Shown piece by piece: positions 18,914-28,740 of a DNA stretch of 64,000 nt. This DNA is from Oligosphaera ethanolica (GTDB lineage Bacteria; Verrucomicrobiota; Lentisphaeria; Oligosphaerales; Oligosphaeraceae), in the NCBI RefSeq assembly GCF_030814695.1, contig NZ_JAUSVL010000001.1, positions 1,398,227-1,462,226 on the forward strand, written 5' to 3'. The translations under genes and the position numbers were made by a program. The notes under the pieces are model-generated. The model did not search any database. It was not told where the DNA came from and saw only the letters and a list, made by a program, of their open reading frames with translations. Every line of letters starts with the position of its first letter. Within the stretch, counting starts at the first letter, position 1.

Positions 18914-20815
18914 GCTAGAGGTCATCCGAAAAGCCCTCGTGCGCGCGCATAATGCGCGCACGCGCGAGACAAATCAAAAAAAAGTGCCACATTATGCTGA
19001 ACGCGATCGAATTCCGCGAAGAAAGGTCGCACAAACATAATGGGGCACGCCATGGAATGTATTTTTCTCTTTCCAAATTACCAGTTGTTTTCGACCACTC
19101 CCGACAGCGACTTGGCTGATTTCGCTGCGGAGATGCTGGCTTTCATCGACCGCCATGGCGAGTTGCTGCCGCTGATTGACGCCGACCTGGATGCCTACGG
19201 TTTGCGGAAGAAGGCCCAGCGTGCGCGCCAGCGGCAAGCGGCACGGGCAGTCTTGCCAGCCCTGCCGGCCTTGCTGAGTAACATCCCCGAGGCGGAGCCC
19301 AGCGTCGCCCCCCGTACCCTTGAGACTGGTCGCCCCAGAATGCCGGCATTGGTCGTCTTTCTCTTTCTGCTCATGCGCGGCCGCTACGGTTCGGTCAGCG
19401 ACCAGGACGCCTGCGAGCGCTTCTGCGAGTACAAGACGATCGAGGCTGTGCTGTCGCCTCGCGGTCTTCGCCTGCCATCGCGTCAGGCGCTGGTCGACAA
19501 CCTCAACGCCGTGACCAACGCGACGCGGCAGGCCATACTGGATGCCCAGCTCCAGGACTGCCTGACCGAGGAGCTTGACGACTTCAAGGAAATCTGCGTT
19601 GACAGCACGGCGGTGTGCGCCAACTCGGCGTTTCCCAATGACGCCAGTCTGGCCGCTCGCAGCCTGCAGCGAGCCTTCATCGAGCTTTGGACCTTGCGGG
19701 AGCAGGGAGTGGTCACGTTCACCGATGGCTGGATGCCAAGCTGGAAAAACACGATTGTCTGCCTGGCGCGTGACATCAACATGGCCCGCGGCAAGAAGGC
19801 TCCGAGCAAAAGACGGAAGTTGTATCGCAAGATGCTTGACACGATGGACAAGGCCATGGCACCCATGAAAGAGCTCTACAAGACCTTGTTCGCAGAAGAC
19901 GCGGCCCGGCTGGCTCCGCAGCTTCAGGCCAAGCGGGAGCGACACCTGCTCGATGGCGTACAGGCCCTCGTCAACGCCTGGAAGGCCGGCAATCAAATCC
20001 GGCGCCGGGTGTTCAATCACGAGGCCGTGCCCATGGACGAGAAGTTGCTCAGCCTGGCCGACGCCGACGCGGCCCTGATCATCAAAGGCGACCGCGAAAC
20101 CGTACTTGGCTACCGTCCCGGTCTGGCCCGCAGCCGCGCGGGCTTCATCGTCGACCTGGCGCTGGACAAGGGCAATACCGCCGACAGCGGCGTGCTGGTC
20201 AAGACGATCGAAGCCGTCACCGGCCGCGTGGGCGACGTGCCGGAAAAGGTCACCACGGACGATGGCTACGCCTCGCAGAAAAACCGCGAGGCAGCGCTCA
20301 AACTGGGCGTCAAGCTGATCACCTTCTCCGGCGCCAAGGGCAAGAAGATCACCCCGGCCGGGGAATGGGACAGCGCCGAGGCCATTGAGCAACGCGCGCG
20401 ACGCTCCGCCGTGGAGTCCCTCATGGCGGTCATGAAGGATGGCTACTTCTTCGCCAGAATGCGGCGCTGCGGGCTGGAAAACGTCAGAGCGGAAATGCTG
20501 GAGAAGATCATCGCCTACAACGTCGACCGCATCCTGATGGTCCGCGCCAGAAAGGCCAAGGAAGCTCAGGAGCAGGAAGAGAAGATGAGGAACACGGCAT
20601 GAATAGACAAAACATGACATAAACAGACAGAAATAATAAACCTAACGGGTGAAATGCGCCGCGTGCGTTTAAAAGATCAAAGAATCCTTCCTAACTACAA
20701 ATCTTTCTGAATGAAATAGCCGGGTCGCCGCCGCCCGGGCAGTTGGCGTCCGCCCCGACAGCCGCCATGGCACTCAAACAAGACTCTCGCCAGGGCTTTT
20801 CGGACGGGCTCTAGC
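18914..20815 (+). mobile_element. Insertion sequence (~1.9 kb) with ~24-bp imperfect terminal inverted repeats and a flanking TA dinucleotide on each side.
   Basis: The left inverted repeat is GCTAGAGGTCATCCGAAAAGCCCT. The right one, reverse-complemented, is GCTAGAGCCCGTCCGAAAAGCCCT. A single transposase ORF lies inside. Confidence 0.7.
19040..20602 (+). CDS. DDE transposase, IS5/IS1182-superfamily-like.
   Basis: It has a TTDDGYASQKNREAALKLGVKLI region (the DxGY...N...R motif typical of IS5-type transposases) and a C-terminal ...EKIIAYNVDRIL. Assignment beyond DDE transposase is tentative. Confidence 0.7.
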   Translation: MGHAMECIFLFPNYQLFSTTPDSDLADFAAEMLAFIDRHGELLPLIDADLDAYGLRKKAQRARQRQAARAVLPALPALLSNIPEAEPSVAPRTLETGRPRMPALVVFLFLLMRGRYGSVSDQDACERFCEYKTIEAVLSPRGLRLPSRQALVDNLNAVTNATRQAILDAQLQDCLTEELDDFKEICVDSTAVCANSAFPNDASLAARSLQRAFIELWTLREQGVVTFTDGWMPSWKNTIVCLARDINMARGKKAPSKRRKLYRKMLDTMDKAMAPMKELYKTLFAEDAARLAPQLQAKRERHLLDGVQALVNAWKAGNQIRRRVFNHEAVPMDEKLLSLADADAALIIKGDRETVLGYRPGLARSRAGFIVDLALDKGNTADSGVLVKTIEAVTGRVGDVPEKVTTDDGYASQKNREAALKLGVKLITFSGAKGKKITPAGEWDSAEAIEQRARRSAVESLMAVMKDGYFFARMRRCGLENVRAEMLEKIIAYNVDRILMVRARKAKEAQEQEEKMRNTA

Positions 20816-20824
20816 TATTCGGAA

Positions 20825-22057
20825 TCATGGCTGCAGGCTGTCTCGTTGTGTGCCTATCATACCAAGAGTAAATTCTGACCGCACGTACAAAATGGCATCA
20901 AACTCATGTGCGGCTGCAACAGCCAGCATATCCTTAAGCTGATAAAAACGGGGATCAAGAATAATCATTTGCTGCACAAACAAAGACAAGTAGCCCGAGA
21001 AGGAGCGCCCAAAGGAATCTTGTATGACTAAAACTGCACCGTCAGGTACCGAGTCATTGACAAGACTAATCTTGGGATAGTCGCTGCCGCTGAAAAAAGA
21101 TGCGCGGTAATTGCTCCTGTCACAATGGCTAATCACGCTTGCAAAGTCTCCGCATTCCGCGCTTACTGCCCCATTGGCACGCCACAACTCCAACCGATAG
21201 TTGGGCGAATGCCGTGGCGCCCCATATATCTCCCGATCCAGCACCGACCAGTAACGCCCCAGCCGTAAGCCCTGCACGCCCATCATATCGGCCGCCGACT
21301 CCGCCCAGACAAAATCATCACTGACAGAAAAATCGGCAGGGTGCCAGCCCGAAACACTCGTCTGCCGCAGTAAAGTCAGCGTGGCATGCACCGCATTCAG
21401 CGCGCCGTAGGGAGTCCAATGATGGTCCGTACGGTAAAAAAGAGACTCGCGAGGAACCCCGAGCCCACGAAAAATCGCAGCGCAATTAACGCGCGGAACC
21501 CCATATCGCGCCGTGTCATGCAAAAATGCGGCGTAATTTTCATCACAGGCCAAATCAATGAAGTTACCAACAACGGCCTTCTCATTGAGCTGTTTGGTCG
21601 GGATGACAACTTGGAGCATCGGTACGCCCCGCTTCTGCGCCAAGCTATGTACGGCAGAAAAAAGAGCGGCCTCATCCTGGGGGTTTTTAGCAAAGCCATT
21701 GAGATAATACAAAAAATCATCGGGACCCCGCACCACGACTTTTGCCGCCGTATCCGCAGGAATAACACGACGCCCCGTAGCTATCAAATACCCCGTGTAG
21801 AGGTGATGCACCGCCGTGCTGATAAAATTGAGCTTGGGAACAACAACATCCTTAAGCTCGTATTCATAGCGGTGAAAGTGCTGTGCCGTTCTAGCAGCAG
21901 CACGCCAGGCGGTCCATACGCCGGCTTGCTCACGGGCGCGACAATACTCGCGCTCGGCGGCGACGCCCACACGTAATGCCATTAACAGCGAGCCGACAGC
22001 CATCAAAGCCAAAAAGGCCAGGCCGAATACGCGCGATTCGTAGTCATGTAGAGTCAT
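20825..22057 (-). CDS. AlgJ/AlgX-like DHHW-motif protein (polysaccharide O-acetylation, periplasmic).
   Basis: It has an N-terminal TM segment and the YRTDHHWT motif. It is about 50% GC, below the window average. Confidence 0.7.
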   Translation of the reverse strand: MTLHDYESRVFGLAFLALMAVGSLLMALRVGVAAEREYCRAREQAGVWTAWRAAARTAQHFHRYEYELKDVVVPKLNFISTAVHHLYTGYLIATGRRVIPADTAAKVVVRGPDDFLYYLNGFAKNPQDEAALFSAVHSLAQKRGVPMLQVVIPTKQLNEKAVVGNFIDLACDENYAAFLHDTARYGVPRVNCAAIFRGLGVPRESLFYRTDHHWTPYGALNAVHATLTLLRQTSVSGWHPADFSVSDDFVWAESAADMMGVQGLRLGRYWSVLDREIYGAPRHSPNYRLELWRANGAVSAECGDFASVISHCDRSNYRASFFSGSDYPKISLVNDSVPDGAVLVIQDSFGRSFSGYLSLFVQQMIILDPRFYQLKDMLAVAAAHEFDAILYVRSEFTLGMIGTQRDSLQP

Positions 22058-22072
22058 GTACTGCCACTGCCG

Positions 22073-23476
22073 CTAAAAATTAAAGTAAATAAACGGATTG
22101 AAGCTCGACACATCCAAGGCACCAAGAGCCAAAACAATGATGAAGAGTACCCACACGTGCTTGATGATCTGAATAACCAGCCAAGACGGCAACCTACTCT
22201 GTAAATACGGCGCAAGCGGCGTCGATGCCAGTCCAGCAACAAGAAATTCCGGCAGATATTCGACCAGGTGCTGCAAAAAAAACCGATCGACAGTCCAAGC
22301 ATCTATGCTGATCATGCGCCAAGCATACGCCGCTGCGTGTGTCAGTGAATTGGCCCGAAAAAGCACCCAGCCAAACATGACCAAAAGGAAGACCACAGGC
22401 CATTGCAATGCCTGAAATAACTTCGGCCAAGCTATTTTTTTGCAGGCCCGCTCGGTTACGAGCAGAACAAAAAAGTACAAGCCCCAAACAAGAAATGTCC
22501 AATTCGCGCCATGCCAAAGGCCAGTTAGCGCCCATACGGCCAGCAAATTCCATATCAGGCGCCGAGACGAGCTAACTCGGCTGCCCCCGAGGGGAAAATA
22601 GACGTAGTCGCGAAAAAAACTCCCCATTGAAATATGCCAACGACGCCAAAATTCCGCTATGGAACGCGATATATACGGGTAGCGAAAATTGGCGGGAAAG
22701 TCAAACCCGAACATACGCGCCAACCCGATGGCCATATCTGAGTAGCCGGAAAAATCAAAATAGATTTGGAAGGTGTATGCCAACGTGCCCAGCCAGGCAA
22801 GCGGCGCAGTCAATGCCGCTGGTGACATATCAAAACTCAGATCCGCAACCCGGGCCAGTGCATTCGCAACGAGGATCTTCTTCGCAAAACCAATCCCAAA
22901 CAGCTCAATACCACTGATAAAACCGTCGATACTCTCACGCCGAGTCAGCAACTGGCTCGAAAAATTGTCGAAGCGAATGATGGGACCGGCAATAAGCTGT
23001 GGGAAAAAAGCAATGTACAGACCCGTGTCCATAAAGTGCCGGAAGGGCCGCGCTTTGCCTTGGTAAATATCAATGATGTACGACAATTCCTGGAAAGTGA
23101 AAAACGATATGCCAATGGGCAGGACAATGGCAAAGTCCGAAGAGCCGCCGAAAAGCTCTGCGGAAGTACGCACGACAAAGCCGAGATACTTGAAGACAAA
23201 GAGCAAAGCGACATTGAAGGCCACCGCCAGCCAAAAATACCGGCGAGTACACTGATCATCCCCGCAACTCCGCTCGCAATGGCGTCCAAGAAACCAGTTA
23301 ACTGCGATGGAGAACAACATGACCAGCACGAAATACGGCTCGCCCCAGGCGTAAAAAAACAAACTGGAGAAAAAAAGTAGGACATTCCGCTTGTGGACGT
23401 CCCGCAGCACTACGAAATAGAAAAACAACACTGCGGGTAAAAAGAAGAACAAAAATGGCTGACTCGAAAATAACAT
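22073..23476 (-). CDS. MBOAT family membrane-bound O-acyltransferase (AlgI/DltB-like).
   Basis: It is a multi-TM protein carrying the MBOAT His-containing segment WRRWHISMGSFFRDYVYFPLGG. It is low in GC. Confidence 0.85.
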   Translation of the reverse strand: MLFSSQPFLFFFLPAVLFFYFVVLRDVHKRNVLLFFSSLFFYAWGEPYFVLVMLFSIAVNWFLGRHCERSCGDDQCTRRYFWLAVAFNVALLFVFKYLGFVVRTSAELFGGSSDFAIVLPIGISFFTFQELSYIIDIYQGKARPFRHFMDTGLYIAFFPQLIAGPIIRFDNFSSQLLTRRESIDGFISGIELFGIGFAKKILVANALARVADLSFDMSPAALTAPLAWLGTLAYTFQIYFDFSGYSDMAIGLARMFGFDFPANFRYPYISRSIAEFWRRWHISMGSFFRDYVYFPLGGSRVSSSRRLIWNLLAVWALTGLWHGANWTFLVWGLYFFVLLVTERACKKIAWPKLFQALQWPVVFLLVMFGWVLFRANSLTHAAAYAWRMISIDAWTVDRFFLQHLVEYLPEFLVAGLASTPLAPYLQSRLPSWLVIQIIKHVWVLFIIVLALGALDVSSFNPFIYFNF

Positions 23477-23579
23477 CGTAGCCCTGTTATCTTAGTGTCG
23501 GGACGCTGTGGCAATCACACTGACTGATATGATGATCAAAAACTCGCCTTGCCCCACTCATGCCGCGATATAAGAAAAT

Positions 23580-23766
23580 CCGACCGATCGGTCCGCGTAG
23601 GGGCGGACCTATGTGTCCGCCCTAGCCAGATCCGTCCGATCCGTCCGATCCGTCCGAAAAAAAACAGTTGCCGAGACCACAAAGCCGTCGGGTCCGCAGA
23701 TGACGCCGATTATCGCAGATTATTCCCAAAAAGAAATCTGCGTTCATCGGCGACATCTGCGGATAA
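23580..23766 (+). repeat. Composite intergenic element: a 27-bp shared motif, GATCCGTCC x3 and the conserved tail module.
   Basis: It is near-identical to 16655-16822 and 18738-18913. Its 27-bp motif CGTAGGGGCGGACCTATGTGTCCGCCC recurs, reverse-complemented, at about 26505-26535. Confidence 0.7.
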
Positions 23767-23776
23767 ATTCGTCTGT

Positions 23777-25108
23777 TCAAATGGGGGCGACGTCTCCCCA
23801 GTAGTCTTTGAGGTAGGGCTTTTCGAGTTCCAGGAGTTGGTTGAAGCAGGTCTTAATGGTCGCCGGCGTGGCGCTGGCGGCGGTACAGCTGTCGATGACG
23901 CAGGCCAGGTAAGCCTTGTGGAGGTCTTTTTCCAGGAAGGCGTCGCTGCCGAGCGTCTGCATATTGGCCATGTTGCTGCAGAGCGCCGCCAGCTCGATGG
24001 GCATGCTGCCGTAGCGCAGCGGGTGCAGACCCATGCGATCGACGATGCTCTCGACTTCCACGCAGGTCTCGCGGGAGAAATTATCGATGAGCTGCTCGTT
24101 CATGACATTGATGTGCATGCGATAAACCGTGTCGGTCTCGTGAGCGTGGATGATGTGCGCACCGTACTCGAAGGACCGCTTGAGGTTAAGCGGCACCTCG
24201 CCGCGCAGCTCCTTCACCAGTGGCGCGTCGGGATTCCAGCGCGGCTGCGTCGGCGGCGCGACGCGCTCCGGGTTGCGTGCATCCTTGAAGAACTGCAGGC
24301 GGTCCCGTTCCCGCGGCAGGAAATACGGCAGGTACTCGGCCAGGTGACCCGACGACTCAGTCGTGAAGTAACCAAAACTCTTGAGTAGTTCAAATTGCAC
24401 CGGCCGTTTCTGGTAGATCGCCGGGTCTTCGATCGCCTTGAGCAAATCGCCGTAGGCGCTGCGGCCGTCGAGGTATTCCAGGCGTAGGAACCAATCCATG
24501 TGATTGATGCCGGCGCACTCGTAGCGCAGGCTCTTGTAGGGCACCTTCAGCCAGTTGGCGAGGTCACGAATGCCATACTGGATATTGTGGCACAGGCCCA
24601 ACATGGTGATGCCGGGGCAGGCCTTGCAGATAATCCGCGTCAACATCGACATGGGATTGACGTAGTTCAACAGCCACGCGCCCGGACAGCGTTTCTCCAT
24701 GTCCTGCGCAATCGCCAGCAACTCCGGCGCCGTCCGCATGACTCGGAATACCCCGCCGATGCCAACCGTGTCAGCCACCCGCTGCTCAATGCCATGTTCG
24801 CGCGGCACGTTGATTTCGTAGTAATACGGCACGCCGTTGTAGCCCGGGCCGCCCTGGGAAAAGGCCGTGATGACATAGTCCGCGCCTTCCAGCACGCCAT
24901 CGCGCCAGCCCAGCTCGCCACGGATCTTCGCGCTGTCGGCGCCGACGGCCACCGCGACTTTCTGCGCGTACTCCAAGACCGGCCGCAGGTGGTCCGGATT
25001 GATATCCACCAACACCAGTTCGCAGTCCCGCAACTCCGGGAAACTCATCAAATCAACCACCGTGCGCGCACCAAAGCCGCTGCCGGCACCAATGAATACT
25101 ACCTTCAT
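23777..25108 (-). CDS. Glycoside hydrolase family 4 (NAD-dependent glycosidase).
   Basis: It begins MKVVFIGAGSGFG (Rossmann fold) and has a Cys-His-rich central region. An AAGGAG RBS precedes the ATG at 25108. Confidence 0.8.
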   Translation of the reverse strand: MKVVFIGAGSGFGARTVVDLMSFPELRDCELVLVDINPDHLRPVLEYAQKVAVAVGADSAKIRGELGWRDGVLEGADYVITAFSQGGPGYNGVPYYYEINVPREHGIEQRVADTVGIGGVFRVMRTAPELLAIAQDMEKRCPGAWLLNYVNPMSMLTRIICKACPGITMLGLCHNIQYGIRDLANWLKVPYKSLRYECAGINHMDWFLRLEYLDGRSAYGDLLKAIEDPAIYQKRPVQFELLKSFGYFTTESSGHLAEYLPYFLPRERDRLQFFKDARNPERVAPPTQPRWNPDAPLVKELRGEVPLNLKRSFEYGAHIIHAHETDTVYRMHINVMNEQLIDNFSRETCVEVESIVDRMGLHPLRYGSMPIELAALCSNMANMQTLGSDAFLEKDLHKAYLACVIDSCTAASATPATIKTCFNQLLELEKPYLKDYWGDVAPI

Positions 25109-25292
25109 CTGCTTCACTCCTTGCTTGTGTGAAAGCTGCAAGCTACCAAAGCAGCCGGCGCGCCCAGGCTAAAACAAAAAGCAGCCCAGCAGCGCCGGCA
25201 GCGACAAACTATCAGTTGTATCGCAAAACCAGACCAGCCAATATACCAACGCCACGACCATTGCCAAAGTTCCCCGCCCGTTTAGGCCTGAT

Positions 25293-26303
25293 TCAGCGTA
25301 TTTTCCGCCAGTCGAAGACGATGCCCAGCGGCGGATTCTTGCATTCGACCAAGCGCGCATAGACAGCGTGGGCGTTCTCCGGGGAGACAATCTCCGAAAT
25401 CAGCGGCCGCGTCTGCAGTTTTCCGGCGGCAATCAGCTTAAGAATGGCTGCGTAGTCGTCAAATTCCGTCCATTCGCCGGGCCGCGACTCCGTCTTTGGC
25501 CGCGTGTTGGTATGGCAGCCGATGAGCTTCACGCCGCGACAATGAACGAACTTATAGAAATCGATGGCCGCATCCGATACGCGTGTGCAGCCCAGCAGCG
25601 AGATGCGGCCCATGTAGGCGACGTACTCAAGCGCCTGCTGCAGAGCGACTGCCACGCCGGTCACTTCCACGACGCCATCGACGCCGCGGCCGCCCGTCGC
25701 CGCCAGCACCCGGTCCTTGAAATCCTTGGCGCTGGGATCGAATGCCGCCGTGGCGCCCAGCTTCAGCGCGAGGTCGCGCCGCACGGGATCGAGGTCGGCC
25801 ACCAGCACCGGTATCGCCCCGGAAAGCAGCGCGAACTGCAGCGCAAAGACGCCGAGAATGCCCATGCCCGCCACCATCACCGACTCGCCCAACTCGACCC
25901 GCAGTTTGCGCACGCCCAGGCAGGGGAAGGACGCAATGTGCGCAAAAGATGCGTCCAACAGGTCAATGGCATCATCCTCAATTTTGAACAGCGCCGAGGC
26001 CTTTTTCACATTGTGCGATCGATGGCCGCCCCAGGGATTGACGACCCGGTCACCGACTTTCAGGCTGCTCACCTGCGCGCCCACCGCCAACACCCGCCCC
26101 GCCGCGCTATAACCCGGGCAGTACGGATAGGTCGGATGCGCGTTGTTCATATCCATCAGCCACGCGCGCTCCGTGCCCGCACTGATCACGCTGAAGTCAT
26201 TCTCCACCAATACCTCGTCCGCGCCCAACTTCGCCGGGTCGTACTCGGAACTTTTCAGCTCGACATAACACGGGCGCTCGGCACTCACATGGTACATTTT
26301 CAT
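25293..26303 (-). CDS. Zinc-binding medium-chain alcohol dehydrogenase family protein.
   Basis: It has a GroES-like N-terminal domain and a GMGILG Rossmann motif. I placed the start at MKMYHV, which has GGAGAG upstream. Confidence 0.75.
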   Translation of the reverse strand: MKMYHVSAERPCYVELKSSEYDPAKLGADEVLVENDFSVISAGTERAWLMDMNNAHPTYPYCPGYSAAGRVLAVGAQVSSLKVGDRVVNPWGGHRSHNVKKASALFKIEDDAIDLLDASFAHIASFPCLGVRKLRVELGESVMVAGMGILGVFALQFALLSGAIPVLVADLDPVRRDLALKLGATAAFDPSAKDFKDRVLAATGGRGVDGVVEVTGVAVALQQALEYVAYMGRISLLGCTRVSDAAIDFYKFVHCRGVKLIGCHTNTRPKTESRPGEWTEFDDYAAILKLIAAGKLQTRPLISEIVSPENAHAVYARLVECKNPPLGIVFDWRKIR

Positions 26304-26566
26304 CGCACTCTCCAGATTACTTTTGAGCCATAGGGTTCTAGGAGGTAAACGCCGCGAGAGTCGTCCACCTACCTGACGATCGCTACCAGAATTCACGCCT
26401 ACACAATAACCGCAGTTTCGCCGTTGGCCCCCACCCCAAAACATATTTTCTTCCGACGGTCTGCCCAGTAACGCGCTCGGACAGCTGGCGGCTCGCGCCA
26501 GCACAAGGGCGGACACATAGGGCCGCCCCTACGGCAATCGAATGCAATCGACGATTATTGCCCATA

Positions 26567-26640
26567 TTCGTCCCATTCGTCCCATGCGTCCCATTCGTCC
26601 CATTCGTCCCATTCGTCCCATGCGTCCCATGCGTCCCATG
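26567..26640. repeat. 9-bp tandem repeat array CGTCCCAT(T/G) x8, i.e. GGGACG(A/C)AT on the other strand.
   Basis: Read from the sequence. It is intergenic. Confidence 0.85.
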
Positions 26641-26708
26641 CTCTTCACATAAGCGTCCACATCGAAAAAGCACGCTGGAAGCGTGCCACATAGCAAACAA
26701 GTAAGTGA

Positions 26709-26870
26709 GTTCCATTGCCTCTTTGGCCCCAGTCAGCTGCGCCGACTGGGGCCAAAGAGGCCGAGGAACACGAACACAAATGACGTGCTACCCAGGGCGG
26801 CGCACGCTTTCAGCGTGCTTGCCCTGGGCTGGTATGTTTCGCGCTTTCAGCGCTTCTGCCGCTTCGCGGC
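26709..26870 (-). repeat. Structured ~163-bp repeat, copy 2, in reverse orientation.
   Basis: It aligns to 14907-15069. An internal hairpin is replaced by a different but still self-complementary sequence: GCACGCTGAAAGCGTGC instead of GCGCCGAAGGCGCGC. Confidence 0.7.
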
Positions 26871-27012
26871 TTGGGAGACCGGTGGCGCGCTAGACTCCGC
26901 CTGCTGGCCTCTTGCGACGGCGCGGGCTAGACGCCCGCACCACGCCTGGGAGACCGGTGGCGCACTAGACTCCGCCTGTTACTCTACGGTTCAATTACCA
27001 ATGGCTGCCCGT

Positions 27013-28365
27013 CTACCGTTTTATGTTGAGGAATATGGCGTAGGCGATCCATGGCAAGATGGCGATGGCGCTGATGGCGAGCATCTTGGTGCTGCCAATG
27101 GCGAAAGCAAGGGGCAGCGCGAGAGACGTCCAGAGGCCACCGCCCATGATGGGCTCGTGGAGGAGCTGTTTGTAGCCGAAGGCCTCGGCGGCAACGGTGT
27201 CATTCTGGGGATCGACAGTACGCAGAAGCAGCAGCCCGGTTGCGGTAACGCCGCAAGATTGGCCGAATTCGGCGATGGCGCGCTCGAACCATGCGTCGCG
27301 GAAAATGCGCGGGGCGACAAACACCACACAGAAGACACTCCAGGCGGTGCCGACACCAACGAGCAGCAAGAGCGGCAGCCAGTTGGCACTGACGACCTGC
27401 AGGTTGATGGTCGCCAGCGCGGAGATGACCAGGAAGTCGAGCGCGGAGCCGGAGATGCGCGCCATCTGCTCATGGCTGATGAGCAGCGACAGCCGCAGTC
27501 GCTCGAGAATTTTCTGAAGGATGAGCCCACCAAACATACAGAGGGGAAAGAGCGGGAAGCTGTCGAGCAGGCCGCAGCTTTGCCAGCTTGCGGGCAAGAA
27601 CTGCTGACAGCTGGCAAGGCCCTGTTTCATGATCCAGCCGAGGAAGATGGCGATGCCCAGGAGGGCGACATGCCAGGCCAATGAGTCGATGGAATCGCAA
27701 GCGACGGTCTGTTTACCGGCGGGGGGCTGGCGGCGAAAATGGTAGATGCCCCGTTGTTCGTAACTGTTTTGGTCGTCGAAACCGCGCAGGTTGTTGACGT
27801 GGCCTTTGCGGGCCGCCCAGTTGATCAGCATCATACCGAGAACAATGCCGATGATCATGCCGATGGTGGCGACCGTCAGGCCGAGATCGACGCCGGCCGA
27901 CCAACCGAGTTTGTTGAATGACTCGGTCATGCCGCCGACGGTACCATGGCCGCCCTCAAAACCGATTTCGAGGAGATTGCCAAAGGCCGCCGGGACCTTG
28001 AACAGCGGCATGAGCACAAAGGCCGTGAGGGCGAAGCCAATGACGTACTGGCCCCAGGCCAGCAACTGGCCGAAGCACAGCTGCGGCGCGGCGGCATTCC
28101 AGATGCGCCCCAGGCCCGGCGTACGCCGGCCAAGAAACAACGCCGCGAAGACGACGTTGATCAGGAAACCCGGAAGGCGTCCCCAGCCGGCATGCCACTC
28201 CGGCGCAATCCAGTCGCCACCGACGTTGATCAGCAACAGCCCCAGCAGACCGCCGATGATCGACGACGGCAGATACAGGCGTTGAAAGATCGGCAAAAGA
28301 CTGCGTAATATCTTACCAATGACCAGCAAGATGCAAAGGGCGCAAAACGATTGAACGATGAGCAT
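27013..28365 (-). CDS. gltS: Sodium/glutamate symporter GltS family.
   Basis: It has about 12 TM segments and a GltS-like composition. An ATG start with a GGAGGA RBS lies at 28365. Confidence 0.75.
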   Translation of the reverse strand: MLIVQSFCALCILLVIGKILRSLLPIFQRLYLPSSIIGGLLGLLLINVGGDWIAPEWHAGWGRLPGFLINVVFAALFLGRRTPGLGRIWNAAAPQLCFGQLLAWGQYVIGFALTAFVLMPLFKVPAAFGNLLEIGFEGGHGTVGGMTESFNKLGWSAGVDLGLTVATIGMIIGIVLGMMLINWAARKGHVNNLRGFDDQNSYEQRGIYHFRRQPPAGKQTVACDSIDSLAWHVALLGIAIFLGWIMKQGLASCQQFLPASWQSCGLLDSFPLFPLCMFGGLILQKILERLRLSLLISHEQMARISGSALDFLVISALATINLQVVSANWLPLLLLVGVGTAWSVFCVVFVAPRIFRDAWFERAIAEFGQSCGVTATGLLLLRTVDPQNDTVAAEAFGYKQLLHEPIMGGGLWTSLALPLAFAIGSTKMLAISAIAILPWIAYAIFLNIKR

Positions 28366-28593
28366 CGGGGACGGTCCTCCAAAGTTGCAGCGCCGACCAC
28401 ACAAGCACAGAGCAAGGCGGCACGCCAAAGATAAAAAAGACGCAAAGTGCGTAAAATAAGTCCGTAAGCATAGCGGCGGCACCGCACGTTGGCTTTTTAC
28501 CTACAGACCAGATAATCGGTCAGCCATTGATACTTGTTGTCCCTGCGCCTTTTTGACCGCCCTGTCGCAAACCATCATCCCGTTGGCATTTAA

Positions 28594-28740
28594 GCGCTGA
28601 AAGCGCGATCTATGATAGCCCAGGGCAAGCGACGCCGAAGGCGGAGCGACGCCCTGGGTAGAGCGCCATTTTTTCTCCTGTTCCTCGGCCTCTTTGGCCC
28701 CAGTCGGCGAAGCTGACTGGGGCCAAAGAGGCAATGGAAC
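28594..28740 (+). repeat. Structured ~163-bp repeat, copy 3, in forward orientation.
   Basis: It aligns to copies 1 and 2. Together with copy 2 it forms an inverted pair bracketing gltS. Confidence 0.7.

Noticed and set aside
18992-20620. The 542-aa minus-strand ORF overlapping the IS element.
   Set aside because: It is the antisense shadow of the transposase gene. It is rich in G, A, L and R and has no recognisable motifs, whereas the plus-strand frame has the DDE-transposase signatures.
26683-27684. The 333-aa plus-strand ORF starting inside the palindromic repeat.
   Set aside because: It starts within a repeat hairpin and runs antisense to gltS. Its composition is typical of GC-rich shadow frames.
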